This document shows, piece after piece, positions 1 to 8,157 of a stretch of DNA of 20,000 bases. How positions within the stretch are numbered: position 1 is the stretch's first letter; the number at the start of each line of letters is the position of its first letter. A program made the position numbers and the translations under genes. The notes beneath the pieces were generated by a model that worked only from the letters and a program-made list of their open reading frames with translations, made no database searches and was not told the DNA's origin. This DNA is from an uncultured virus (IMG/VR IMGVR_UViG_3300042881_000982) (taxonomy: Duplodnaviria; Heunggongvirae; Uroviricota; Caudoviricetes), in the IMG/VR virus record IMGVR_UViG_3300042881_000982; one strand, 5' to 3'.

Positions 1-1312
1 TAACACTGGGTGAGGGCGGCGCGGTTCCGATATCAGGAGCAACGCCTGCTCCAACTCCTCCGACGACATCCATTCCGGTATCAACATCGGATACGACATC
101 GGCCTCTCCTTCTACGCCAAGCATAGTGTTAATGATTGCTGTGTCGTACAGCTTACCCGCGTCCTTAACGGCTTGGTTGAAGGCTTGGCGTTGAGTTAGG
201 TCAGGGTTCTGGTCACGCAGTGCCTGCGTCTCAACGGTAATTAAGCGGTAAAATTCCTGCTCAACATCCGGAGAATCTGCAAATGATGTCTTGTTGGTAG
301 CCTCGGCTTTGCCCCGATTAAGCGCGGCACTAACGGCTTCTACGCCTCCACGGAGACTACCACCCATACCCCCACCAACAAGCGCGCCAAACGCCGCCTG
401 CTCAAACATTTCTCCAGCGTCGATGTCGTTACCAGTTACAAGGCGTGGGTTAGCGTATTCAATGGCTGACTGGATGGCTTCAGTGCCACCTTCAAGCATC
501 GTCGCCTTACCAATCCGTCCGAGGACAGTCTTGGCTGGGGTAGCGAAAATACCGGCCAGACCTAATTGATCCAACGCGGTTACCGCGAGCGCTCCGGGAG
601 CAACTTTAACTAAATCTGAAAACTCTACGTCTTGCCGACCTTCTAGCTCTGTTGCTTCCCGAGCTTGACCACCAAAAATATTTGATATCCCTAAACCGGG
701 TAGTGGGACAGCGGCAGCGAGAGTACCGGGTATAGCACCTGCTATACCTTCAACCACATAGGGTATGGCGTTGCGTAAGAAGTCTCTCTTTACGTCTTCC
801 TGAGTGGTTTCACCCTTTATCTCTATACCTTTATCGGCTGCAAAACGTCGAGCTTCTTCCGTGAATTGTTTTTTGAGTTCAGGGTCGGATTCGATAGCAC
901 GCTGGGTATCTTTTATATTTGCTGTCGTAGACAGAAGCCCCCGGGAGAAGAAATCCCCAAGGCGGTCGAAGAAACCAGTTTGAGTTTTGATATCCTCCAG
1001 TGCACCGCGTTGCCCAAGCTCTTGCAAATACGCAGCGCGCTCACGGTCGCGTTTGATCGCACCTTGGCGGTCGGTAAAATAATCCAAGAAGCCAAATACA
1101 CCCGGAGCTTCTACAGCTTTTAACGGTTGACGAGCTTGTAACCGCGCTTCGGCAGTATTTACATCAGGCGCAGCCGCCACGGGGGCTGGCGCAGGGGCAG
1201 GCGCTTTGCTCGCGGCAATTTGTTCCTTAACCACACGCTGAATAACTTCCATTGGCGTGTCATCAGGAAACTCAAGGACGCGGCCATCGGCAAGTTCGGC
1301 GCGTTTTGTCAC
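1..1312 (-). CDS. N-terminal part (>=437 aa) of a large internal virion/DNA-ejection protein, possibly large-polyvalent-protein type; runs off the left edge
   Basis: Not in the ORF track because no stop lies in the window. Manual translation from GTG at 1312 (TAGTG overlap with the upstream stop) is open to base 2: MTKRAELADGRVLEFPDDTPMEVIQRVVKEQIA...GKATMLEGGTEAIQSAIEY...AAFGALVGGGMGGSLRGG. The 'DGRVLEFPDDTP' start, 'EGGTEAIQ' and Gly/Ala hydrophobic helices resemble large podophage ejection proteins; it is last in the ejection cluster. Confidence 0.8.
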   Translation of the reverse strand, partial: MTKRAELADGRVLEFPDDTPMEVIQRVVKEQIAASKAPAPAPAPVAAAPDVNTAEARLQARQPLKAVEAPGVFGFLDYFTDRQGAIKRDRERAAYLQELGQRGALEDIKTQTGFFDRLGDFFSRGLLSTTANIKDTQRAIESDPELKKQFTEEARRFAADKGIEIKGETTQEDVKRDFLRNAIPYVVEGIAGAIPGTLAAAVPLPGLGISNIFGGQAREATELEGRQDVEFSDLVKVAPGALAVTALDQLGLAGIFATPAKTVLGRIGKATMLEGGTEAIQSAIEYANPRLVTGNDIDAGEMFEQAAFGALVGGGMGGSLRGGVEAVSAALNRGKAEATNKTSFADSPDVEQEFYRLITVETQALRDQNPDLTQRQAFNQAVKDAGKLYDTAIINTMLGVEGEADVVSDVDTGMDVVGGVGAGVAPDIGTAPPSPSV

Positions 1313-2775
1313 TAGATTGGGTTACCATTCCTATCAAATTTAATCGTGTTGCTGCCACCGCCATACACACGGTCAGTAATCTCATTAGCCTTGTTTTGCA
1401 AATAGCTTAACCCAGCGTTAAGTCCCTTGGCTCCGACGATCCTTTGGTATTCAGGGTCAGTTACCGCGTTCTTCCTAAATTCGTCCAAAGTACTGGAGAA
1501 GAAAGCACCCTTGCGCGCTTGGAGGTCCATACCCCCAACATCCCGTGAAGCAGCAGCCGAAATCAACGCACCCTGTATATTTGCACCAGCCATGATCTTG
1601 GCTTTAACGAGGTCAGCGTCAATCCCAAGGCGGGTCAGTGTATTGTTGAAGTTCCGGTCTTGGAATGCCTGTTCGAGTGAATTGTAACCCTTGAGCATAT
1701 CCAGAGCAATTCCGGCCCGAGCTTCGATTTCCTTGTTACCAGTCCGCTCTTCGGCAAGAAGTTCACGCGTAAGTGCGCGCTCTTCGCCACGCCGTTCCTT
1801 GGCCGCAGCCGCGATACCCGGCAAAGCTTCACCAATACCTGCGCTGGCAGCTTGGAGTAGGGAACCCGGTGTCGTCGCCATCTTTGCGCCGATCTGACCA
1901 AGGGCCATCCACATGTCTTCCTTCTTGCTTTTCTTGCGTTCTTCGGGAGACCGCTGCTTTTCAAGGATTGCTTCCAGTTCTTCCGCCCGTTTAGTCTTAC
2001 GGGGTGCAGCTTCTGCAAAACGGTCGAGATTGCCAAAGATATCGTTCCTAAAACCACCGAGTTGTGCCGGTGCTTGAAACGCCGTACCCTGCATAAGCTT
2101 GGCACCTAAGTTTTGTGGTTTGCTGCCACTAACCCCGATATCGCCCGCAGCTTCTATAGCGGCTTCGGCTGCTATATCGTCAGCGGTACCCTTACTAGCA
2201 GCTTCTTCAGCCGCCAGTTCATCTTCAGTGGCACCTGCGAGAAGAGCCGCGATACCCTTGGCCTTAACAGGACCACCGGGGTTAAACGCAACCATACCGC
2301 CGCCAGCATAGCCGTCGTTAAAGCCACCGTTGCTGGACTCGTCGAACATACCATCAGGAAGCGGCATATCAGATAGGCCACCGCCAGACATATAAGGAGG
2401 AACCATACCGCCCATAGCCATCATCGGCATTTCACCTTGCGGAGCAGGCATACCCATAGGAGGCGCAGCACCCATCGGGGGCATAGCAGCAGCTTGCGGC
2501 GTAGCACCAAGACCCGCCGGAGCCGGGGGAGCCGGAGGAGCACCCTGTGGCGGCATTTGCGGCTGTGGAGCCATAACTTGTTGGGCTACAGTCTGCTGCG
2601 GAGCAGCTTCCATCTGCGCTGCGCTGCGCATACGGTCAATAAACATACCTGCCATCGTGCCAGCCGTAGGGTCAAGGATACCCATCTGCATGGCTTCGGC
2701 AATCTTCTGCTTGTTGCCACCGTAATCCTTGGCGATCTGCTCGGGGGACTGAAGGTTATAGGGTTTGGTTTCCAT
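1312..2775 (-). CDS. Putative internal virion/DNA-ejection protein (487 aa)
   Basis: Pro/Met/Gln-rich N-terminal region, clustered xAxGG-like motifs (MAMGG, MSGGG, YAGGG, FNPGG), then an Ala/Glu/Lys-rich helical region including 'MALGQIGAKMATTPGSLLQAASAG'. Lies between two other ejection-type genes. Confidence 0.7.
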   Translation of the reverse strand: METKPYNLQSPEQIAKDYGGNKQKIAEAMQMGILDPTAGTMAGMFIDRMRSAAQMEAAPQQTVAQQVMAPQPQMPPQGAPPAPPAPAGLGATPQAAAMPPMGAAPPMGMPAPQGEMPMMAMGGMVPPYMSGGGLSDMPLPDGMFDESSNGGFNDGYAGGGMVAFNPGGPVKAKGIAALLAGATEDELAAEEAASKGTADDIAAEAAIEAAGDIGVSGSKPQNLGAKLMQGTAFQAPAQLGGFRNDIFGNLDRFAEAAPRKTKRAEELEAILEKQRSPEERKKSKKEDMWMALGQIGAKMATTPGSLLQAASAGIGEALPGIAAAAKERRGEERALTRELLAEERTGNKEIEARAGIALDMLKGYNSLEQAFQDRNFNNTLTRLGIDADLVKAKIMAGANIQGALISAAASRDVGGMDLQARKGAFFSSTLDEFRKNAVTDPEYQRIVGAKGLNAGLSYLQNKANEITDRVYGGGSNTIKFDRNGNPI

Positions 2776-2777
2776 CG

Positions 2778-5381
2778 TTATGCCCCCGCAAAAGTCTTAT
2801 AGATGCTGGCCGCGCCGAGGCCCGTGCCAAGAAGCTGCTGCCCGATACCCGGCTGTTGAGCGTAAGTCGAGGTCGTCGAGTTCGGCGTGACCGGAACACC
2901 ACGTAGCAAGCTGCTATACTGCTGCAACTGCTCCATTGGGTAGTCGCGTTGACGCATGAAGTCCTGATACGCCATATCGAGGTATTGCTGTTGAAGTGCT
3001 TGCTGTTGTGCCGCTGTAGAAGTCTGTTGGCCGAAGCGGGCGAGATCAGCCTGTGATTGGCCCGTACCAATATTGGAAAGCGTCTGAGCCATCTGCCCTG
3101 CCTGAGCGAGACCTGCAAGACCTTGCTGCGACCCAAACTGGCGCGACTGCTCTGCCATGCGCTGGCGGTCGAGGTCAGCCTGCTGGTTAGACTGCAACGC
3201 GGCAAGGCCCGTCTGGGCACCAAGCTGCTGTGTCTGGAGTGCGGCGCTAAGGTTCTGCTGGCCCGTCGTAAGTTGCGCCTGCTGGTTAGCCAATGCTGCG
3301 CGCATCGCCTGCTCGGCGTTAAGCCCCTGTGTCTGAAGCTGGGCTGCCAAGTTCTGGACATTAGCCTGCGAAGCGGAGTCAAGGTTGGCAAGCGCCGTCT
3401 GCATACCCGTCTGGGTACCAAGTTGCTGGACACCGAGCGCAGCTTGGAGGTTTGCCTGTCCGCGAGTGACGTCCACACCCTGATTGGCCAACGCCGCTTT
3501 AAGTGCATTGTCGGCGTTCATACCCTGCGCTTGGAACTGCTGGGCTTGGTTATTTACACGTGCCTGTTGCTCGTTCGAGAGGTTAGCCAGTGCAAGCTGC
3601 GTACCCGTCTGAGCACCAAGCTGCTGCGTTTGAAGCTGCGACTGTAGGTTCTGCGTTCCCCGCGTGACGTCTACACCTTGGTTGGCCAATGCTGCACGTA
3701 GTGCGTTATCAGCATTCATACCTTGAGCTTGGAACTGCTGAGCTTGGTTGTTCACACGTGACTGCTGCTCGTTCGACAGATTCTGCATCGCCACTTGGAG
3801 GTTCTGCTGCGCGCCGAGTTCCTGTGTCCCCATCTGGGATTGCAGATTGGCCTGTGCACGGGTGACATCCACACCTTGGTTAGCCAGCGCCGCCCTCATA
3901 GCGTTGTCTGCATTCATGCCCTGAGCTTGGAATTGCTGAGCTTGGTTGTTGACGTTGGCCTGCTGTTCGTTGGACAGGTTAGCAAGTGCCGCTTGCAGGT
4001 TCTGCTGCGCACCCAGTTCCTGTACACCAAGCCGAGCCGCAAGATTCTGCTGACCCGTAGCGATGCCAGCCTGCTGATTGGCCAGTGCCGCCTTCATGGC
4101 GTTGTCCGCAGACATACCCTGCGCTTGGAACTGCATAGCCTGATTATTGACGTTAGCCTGCTGCTCGTTGGACAGGTTAGCCAAGGACGCCTGAAGACCC
4201 GTCTGAGTACCAAGTTGTTGCTGTTGAAGTGCTGCTTGGAGGTTCTGCTGACCTGTGGTCATACCCGCTGCGCGGTCACGCTCAAACTGTTGCTGCGCAC
4301 TTTCGTACGCCGCCTGCCGACCACGAGCATCAATATCCCCAAGCTGCTGGCCGAGGTTGCGTTCGCGTTCCAACCCAGCAAGAAGCTGGCGAGACCCACC
4401 GTAAGTGCCCTGACGCGATGCGCCGAGGTCTTGGACAAGCTGCGCTTGCTTCGCGCTACGGATAGCTTCACGCTTCTGCGGCTCCATTACGGCTTCCGCA
4501 AATGGCGACATGTACTTCTGGGCTTGCTCTAAACCAAAAGCCTGTGGCCCTTCCATACGGAACTGTTCAAGCGGACCTTGACCGAAAGAAGTGCGCGCCG
4601 CCTGCATCGTGGGAGCATTGACATCGACGCCACCAACACGCTCGGCAGCCCCCATCTGGAAGGCTTCGAGGTCTGGACGATAGCCGGTCTGCGCTGCCCG
4701 CATATCAACTGCGTTGACGCCTTGCGCCCCTACATCACGAGCGCCACCTATTTCAAAGGTCCGAAGGTCTGGGCGGTAACCCGACTGCGCGGCCTGCATA
4801 TCTTGCGCCGACACACCCTGCGCACCAACATCACGAGCGCCACCCATCTCATACTGCTGTAGATTGGGTTGATAGCCGGTCTGCGCGCCCTGCATATTCT
4901 GTGAACGAACATTACGCGAGGCAACATCACGAGCGCCACCCATCTGGAAATAATTAAGATCGGGTTGGAACCCAGTCTGGGCAGTGCCCATCTGAGGTGT
5001 GTTGTACTGACCTGCTTGAACCTGCTGTGGCCCACTCATGCTGTACTGCTGGAGGTTAGGCATCCCGATCTGTTGCGCGCCAAACTGGCCTGTCGCATAT
5101 TGACCTGCTTGGAGCGAACCAAGTCCAGCGGCTGTGGCGAGAGTAGAAGCGGTACCAAACTGACCCGGCGTTTGCTGGTTCAGAATATTCTGCTGTACCT
5201 GTTGCTGCTGTGGGGTGAAGCCAGCAATACGTTCCTGTCCGTAAGGGGTATAGTCCTTGGTCAGTTCGGTGCCCGCACGTTGCATCAACCCTTCGAAATA
5301 CGGACGTGCGTATTCGGGGAGGTTAGACTGGGTTACCTCTTGCTTGACTGGTTGATTGCTGCTGCTGCCACCCTTAGCCAT
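2778..5381 (-). CDS. Putative DNA-ejection/pilot protein (867 aa), Gln/Ala/Gly-rich with internal repeats
   Basis: Start moved to ATG 5381, which has GGAGG upstream. 'TQSNLPEYARPYFEGL', 'YMSPFAEAV', 'GTYGGSRQ', 'YQDFMRQRDYPMEQLQQYSSLL' and the C-terminal 'GIGQQLLGTGLGAASIY' resemble podophage DNA-transfer proteins. Directly follows the GNAT-like gene, as P22 gp7 follows gp14. Confidence 0.75.
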   Translation of the reverse strand: MAKGGSSSNQPVKQEVTQSNLPEYARPYFEGLMQRAGTELTKDYTPYGQERIAGFTPQQQQVQQNILNQQTPGQFGTASTLATAAGLGSLQAGQYATGQFGAQQIGMPNLQQYSMSGPQQVQAGQYNTPQMGTAQTGFQPDLNYFQMGGARDVASRNVRSQNMQGAQTGYQPNLQQYEMGGARDVGAQGVSAQDMQAAQSGYRPDLRTFEIGGARDVGAQGVNAVDMRAAQTGYRPDLEAFQMGAAERVGGVDVNAPTMQAARTSFGQGPLEQFRMEGPQAFGLEQAQKYMSPFAEAVMEPQKREAIRSAKQAQLVQDLGASRQGTYGGSRQLLAGLERERNLGQQLGDIDARGRQAAYESAQQQFERDRAAGMTTGQQNLQAALQQQQLGTQTGLQASLANLSNEQQANVNNQAMQFQAQGMSADNAMKAALANQQAGIATGQQNLAARLGVQELGAQQNLQAALANLSNEQQANVNNQAQQFQAQGMNADNAMRAALANQGVDVTRAQANLQSQMGTQELGAQQNLQVAMQNLSNEQQSRVNNQAQQFQAQGMNADNALRAALANQGVDVTRGTQNLQSQLQTQQLGAQTGTQLALANLSNEQQARVNNQAQQFQAQGMNADNALKAALANQGVDVTRGQANLQAALGVQQLGTQTGMQTALANLDSASQANVQNLAAQLQTQGLNAEQAMRAALANQQAQLTTGQQNLSAALQTQQLGAQTGLAALQSNQQADLDRQRMAEQSRQFGSQQGLAGLAQAGQMAQTLSNIGTGQSQADLARFGQQTSTAAQQQALQQQYLDMAYQDFMRQRDYPMEQLQQYSSLLRGVPVTPNSTTSTYAQQPGIGQQLLGTGLGAASIYKTFAGA
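3180..4253 (-). repeat. Coding tandem repeat, 198 bp/66 aa unit, 5 full copies plus a partial copy
   Basis: Units such as GQQNLxAxLxxQxLGxQxxLQxALANLSNEQQAxVNNQAQQFQAQGMNADNAxRAALANQGVDVTR begin at 4253, 4055, 3857, 3659, 3461 and 3263. Confidence 0.9.
4540..4991 (-). repeat. Coding tandem repeat, 96 bp/32 aa unit, 4 copies plus a degenerate fifth
   Basis: MxxAQxG(Y/F)xP(D/N)Lxx(F/Y)xMGGARDVxxxxVxxxx units with ATGs at 4991, 4895, 4799, 4703 and 4607. Confidence 0.9.
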
Positions 5382-5814
5382 TCTGACCTCCAAAGCCCGC
5401 TTCAGCTACGGGTAATTCAAACACTTGCCACAATACACGATATCCGTCATCTTTAAAAGCACGTGCAAGCCCAAGCCTGCCCGATGCTTCGATAACATCA
5501 CATCCGCTATCACGTGCCCAACTCTGGAGTGTGGACAGCATCTCGTCCTTCCAACTAAACCCATCGTCACCAGCAAGAAAGACCAAATCGAGGCAATTCT
5601 TACGTGGGTACTGCCAGAAGCGGGTGATTGTCACCCCTTTAATATCATCTCCATCGAGCACAACCCAAAGATGCGCTTGGCCGTTAAGTACAATCTCGAT
5701 GATGTCCTCTGGTTCGTAACGTCCGAAAGTATATTCCGAAGCACTGCTTAAGTAAGGGAAGATACGAGGCCAAAGCCCTTCAACCAATTCAGGAGGAACC
5801 AGACTTACTTCCAT
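5374..5814 (-). CDS. GNAT-fold-like virion assembly protein (146 aa), positional analogue of P22 gp14/T7 gp13
   Basis: Pattern 'LWVVLDGDDIKGVTIT...YPRKNCLDLVFLAG...WARDSGCDVIEASGRLGLARAF..GY' fits the acetyltransferase-like genes found among podophage ejection genes. TAATG overlap with the upstream gene. Confidence 0.7.
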   Translation of the reverse strand: MEVSLVPPELVEGLWPRIFPYLSSASEYTFGRYEPEDIIEIVLNGQAHLWVVLDGDDIKGVTITRFWQYPRKNCLDLVFLAGDDGFSWKDEMLSTLQSWARDSGCDVIEASGRLGLARAFKDDGYRVLWQVFELPVAEAGFGGQNG

Positions 5815-7397
5815 TATACGAGACCCCGACGTACCTTAGTATCTTGACCGCGCTTGGCTTTCTTCCGGGCTTTGTGGGCCTTATCCATAAGCGCATATAG
5901 TTTATCAGCGCCACGCTTCTGGTTACCCTTACCGATCCGCTTCACAACGCCAGCAGGGATAATGGCTTCATCACGCGCAACACGCGCAGGCTGGTCACGC
6001 CCTATGCGGGCAGGGACACTATCACTTACACCATCGCCCGGCCCTTGCACGGGACGACCACCAATACGGCGAAGAGCTTCGAGGCCAGCGTTGCTACTAC
6101 CGTTACCAAGTTCAGATACCGTGCGGGCATCGAGCACAAAAGCTCCATCGGCCAGTTCGACTTCACCACCATCAGCGAAGCCTTCTTCCTCAGGGTCAAC
6201 ACCGCCCATATACGGCACAAAACGCTGGCCGTACATCGGGGAACCCTTAGGCGTCTTCTTGTTGGTGGGTAGCAAATAGTTCTGCATGATCGGCGTACCC
6301 CGCGCAGTGCTGGAACCCGGCTGAACAATCTGCCCCTGCATGTTATATACTTCAGGCATACCAATGTCGAAGTAACGACGCTCCTTGGACGAACCAAGGA
6401 TTTCACTGGTGTCTTTAGCAAAGCTCGGCGTGCGCTTCTGCGCCGTGTATGGTCCTTGGTAGGAGTTGTCCATCATACCAGATGCGGTTTGGTATCCAGA
6501 TGGGGCCATTGCACCGGAGATACCTTGTAGTGCTCCCATACCAGCCATCATAGGCGCAGCTTTAGAGATGATACCCGGAGTGCCACCGGGTAGCCCAGTG
6601 CGAACTGCTTGACCGAAACGCGAACCCATGCCGCCTGTGAACTGGGCACCACCACCTTGCATAGCCGTTGCAGCGCCGGGGTTTATTGGTCCAAGAGCGT
6701 TAATTGACAACGCCGGGTCTACCACTGCGCCAGTGACTGTCTGCACTCCACCAGTAGTTGCTGCGGAAGGAGCCGTTGTGCCTAGAGTGGGGGCAGTGTT
6801 GGTTATACCGCTAGCTACACCTTGTGGGACCGCTGCACCAAGACCCATGTTAGCGCCGAACATACCGGCCTTGTCGCCCAGTAGGCCGAAGGCATTACCG
6901 CCTGCAAGCTTACCACCGACGCCAGCCATACCAGCCATACCCGCACCACCAAAGGCACCGAGGCCAGCCGTCAGACCTTTCTTCAAACTACCGGTGCGTG
7001 CGAACTGTCCTGCGCCTACGATACCAGCAGCAAGGGGGGCACCGACGCCAGTAGCCGCTAGGGCTGCGCCAAGGATCGTTGGGAGAAGTTTACCAAGCCA
7101 GCCAGCTTCTGGGAGGCCAGTGTGGGGGTTGATGGTGAGAGAGCCACCTGTGGCCATGGCCAGACCTTGGAGGCTGTTAACCTCGCCCGGTGTCATGTGG
7201 ACAAGCATGGAGTCGTCGCCACGACCAAAGCTTTGAAGTTGCTCCGCCATTGGATTAGCAAGAACCGAGAGACCGCCCTGCGAAGGTAGGCCACCAGTCA
7301 GGCCCGGAACCTGCTGTCCAAGCATGGGAGGGTTACCAACTGGGGGTCGCCCAGTGTTCATTTCTGCGTATGTTGGCGGAGCAGCCTGCATGTCCAT
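5814..7397 (-). CDS. Putative internal virion protein (527 aa)
   Basis: N-terminal 'GRGDDSMLVHMTPGE...TINPHTGLPEA' block, Gly/Ala-rich hydrophobic middle, and C-terminal 'FADGG...GPGDGVSDSVPARI...ARDEAIIPA...GADKLYALM' block. AGGA upstream of the ATG. Confidence 0.7.
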   Translation of the reverse strand: MDMQAAPPTYAEMNTGRPPVGNPPMLGQQVPGLTGGLPSQGGLSVLANPMAEQLQSFGRGDDSMLVHMTPGEVNSLQGLAMATGGSLTINPHTGLPEAGWLGKLLPTILGAALAATGVGAPLAAGIVGAGQFARTGSLKKGLTAGLGAFGGAGMAGMAGVGGKLAGGNAFGLLGDKAGMFGANMGLGAAVPQGVASGITNTAPTLGTTAPSAATTGGVQTVTGAVVDPALSINALGPINPGAATAMQGGGAQFTGGMGSRFGQAVRTGLPGGTPGIISKAAPMMAGMGALQGISGAMAPSGYQTASGMMDNSYQGPYTAQKRTPSFAKDTSEILGSSKERRYFDIGMPEVYNMQGQIVQPGSSTARGTPIMQNYLLPTNKKTPKGSPMYGQRFVPYMGGVDPEEEGFADGGEVELADGAFVLDARTVSELGNGSSNAGLEALRRIGGRPVQGPGDGVSDSVPARIGRDQPARVARDEAIIPAGVVKRIGKGNQKRGADKLYALMDKAHKARKKAKRGQDTKVRRGLV

Positions 7398-7468
7398 TGC
7401 GATATCCTACCTTGTACCTACGCTTATAGCGTTAATTTTATCAAAACCAAAGCCCTTACACATGTCAA
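7398..7468 (-). promoter_or_regulatory. Candidate promoter for the ejection-protein genes
   Basis: Largest non-coding gap in the window, AT-rich. Minus strand reads TTGACA..TTGGTTTTGATAAAATTAACGCTATAAG..AGGTAGGA..ATG. The -35/-10-like hexamers are present but spacing is imperfect (TTGGTT-16-TATAAG; TTGACA-22-TAAAAT). Confidence 0.35.
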
Positions 7469-8157
7469 ACTGCCTTCGACACAAAGAACGCCTCGACAAT
7501 AGCCGAAGGAGTAGCTGGGATTGCAGGGGTTACCCCCGCTGAGTAAGCCACCGCTGGCAGATGCTCCATAACTACGCTTGCGTTGGTTGTATGCCACATA
7601 ACTTCGACCCACACACCCGGCGCTTCTGCAAAACCACTAAATGGCGTCACTGCAATAAGGTAAGAAGGGTCACCAGTTGATTTGCGTGGTGGGATCGTAA
7701 ACTTACTGTTCGAGTTAGGCACATCAGTAGTTGTCGTGCCGTTGTTGTATCGCAGCCAGACATCCACCGACTGCGCATCGTTGGTCGGGTTCTTAAACGA
7801 CAGGCTGTATATAAACATGTACATACCCGGAGACGCGAAGGTAATCCGTGTGTTGTCTACACCGGTAATAGTGATACCGTCTGTGAAAGACGTAATCTCC
7901 AACCGCACTGCATAGGCTTGGTCGATAGTTGTCGCTGTCTGATCCACGTTACTCAAGAACTGGTTATGCGGCATGGTTAGCCCGATGCCACTCCCGTAGA
8001 AGAAGTCGGCTGTATAAGTCTGAGCGTTGTTACCTGCACGTGAGTCAAGCTGCGAGAAATAAGTTTCCAGCACGCGGATAACCTGCCGTATATACTGCGC
8101 ATCGTACTCCGATGGAGGGTTAGGTAGCGGCGCGGCTTTGAACTTATCGAGGGCCAT
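7465..8157 (-). CDS. Tail needle/spike-like protein with a C-terminal C1q/TNF-like (BclA-C-like) beta knob (230 aa)
   Basis: Start moved to ATG 8157 (TAATG overlap). N-terminal 'LPNPPSEYDAQYIRQVIRVLETYFSQLD' helix, then a beta-rich region with 'DGITITG..TRITFASPGMYMFIYSLSF'. Immediately follows the gp10-like hub, as P22 gp26 does. Confidence 0.55.
   Translation of the reverse strand: MALDKFKAAPLPNPPSEYDAQYIRQVIRVLETYFSQLDSRAGNNAQTYTADFFYGSGIGLTMPHNQFLSNVDQTATTIDQAYAVRLEITSFTDGITITGVDNTRITFASPGMYMFIYSLSFKNPTNDAQSVDVWLRYNNGTTTTDVPNSNSKFTIPPRKSTGDPSYLIAVTPFSGFAEAPGVWVEVMWHTTNASVVMEHLPAVAYSAGVTPAIPATPSAIVEAFFVSKAV

Noticed and set aside
2756..4532. Alternative-frame ORFs over the Gln-rich gene (2756..3508 -, 3057..3647 +, 3795..4532 +)
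   Set aside because: They are explained by stop-poor repetitive codons in the real gene and have no protein-like features.
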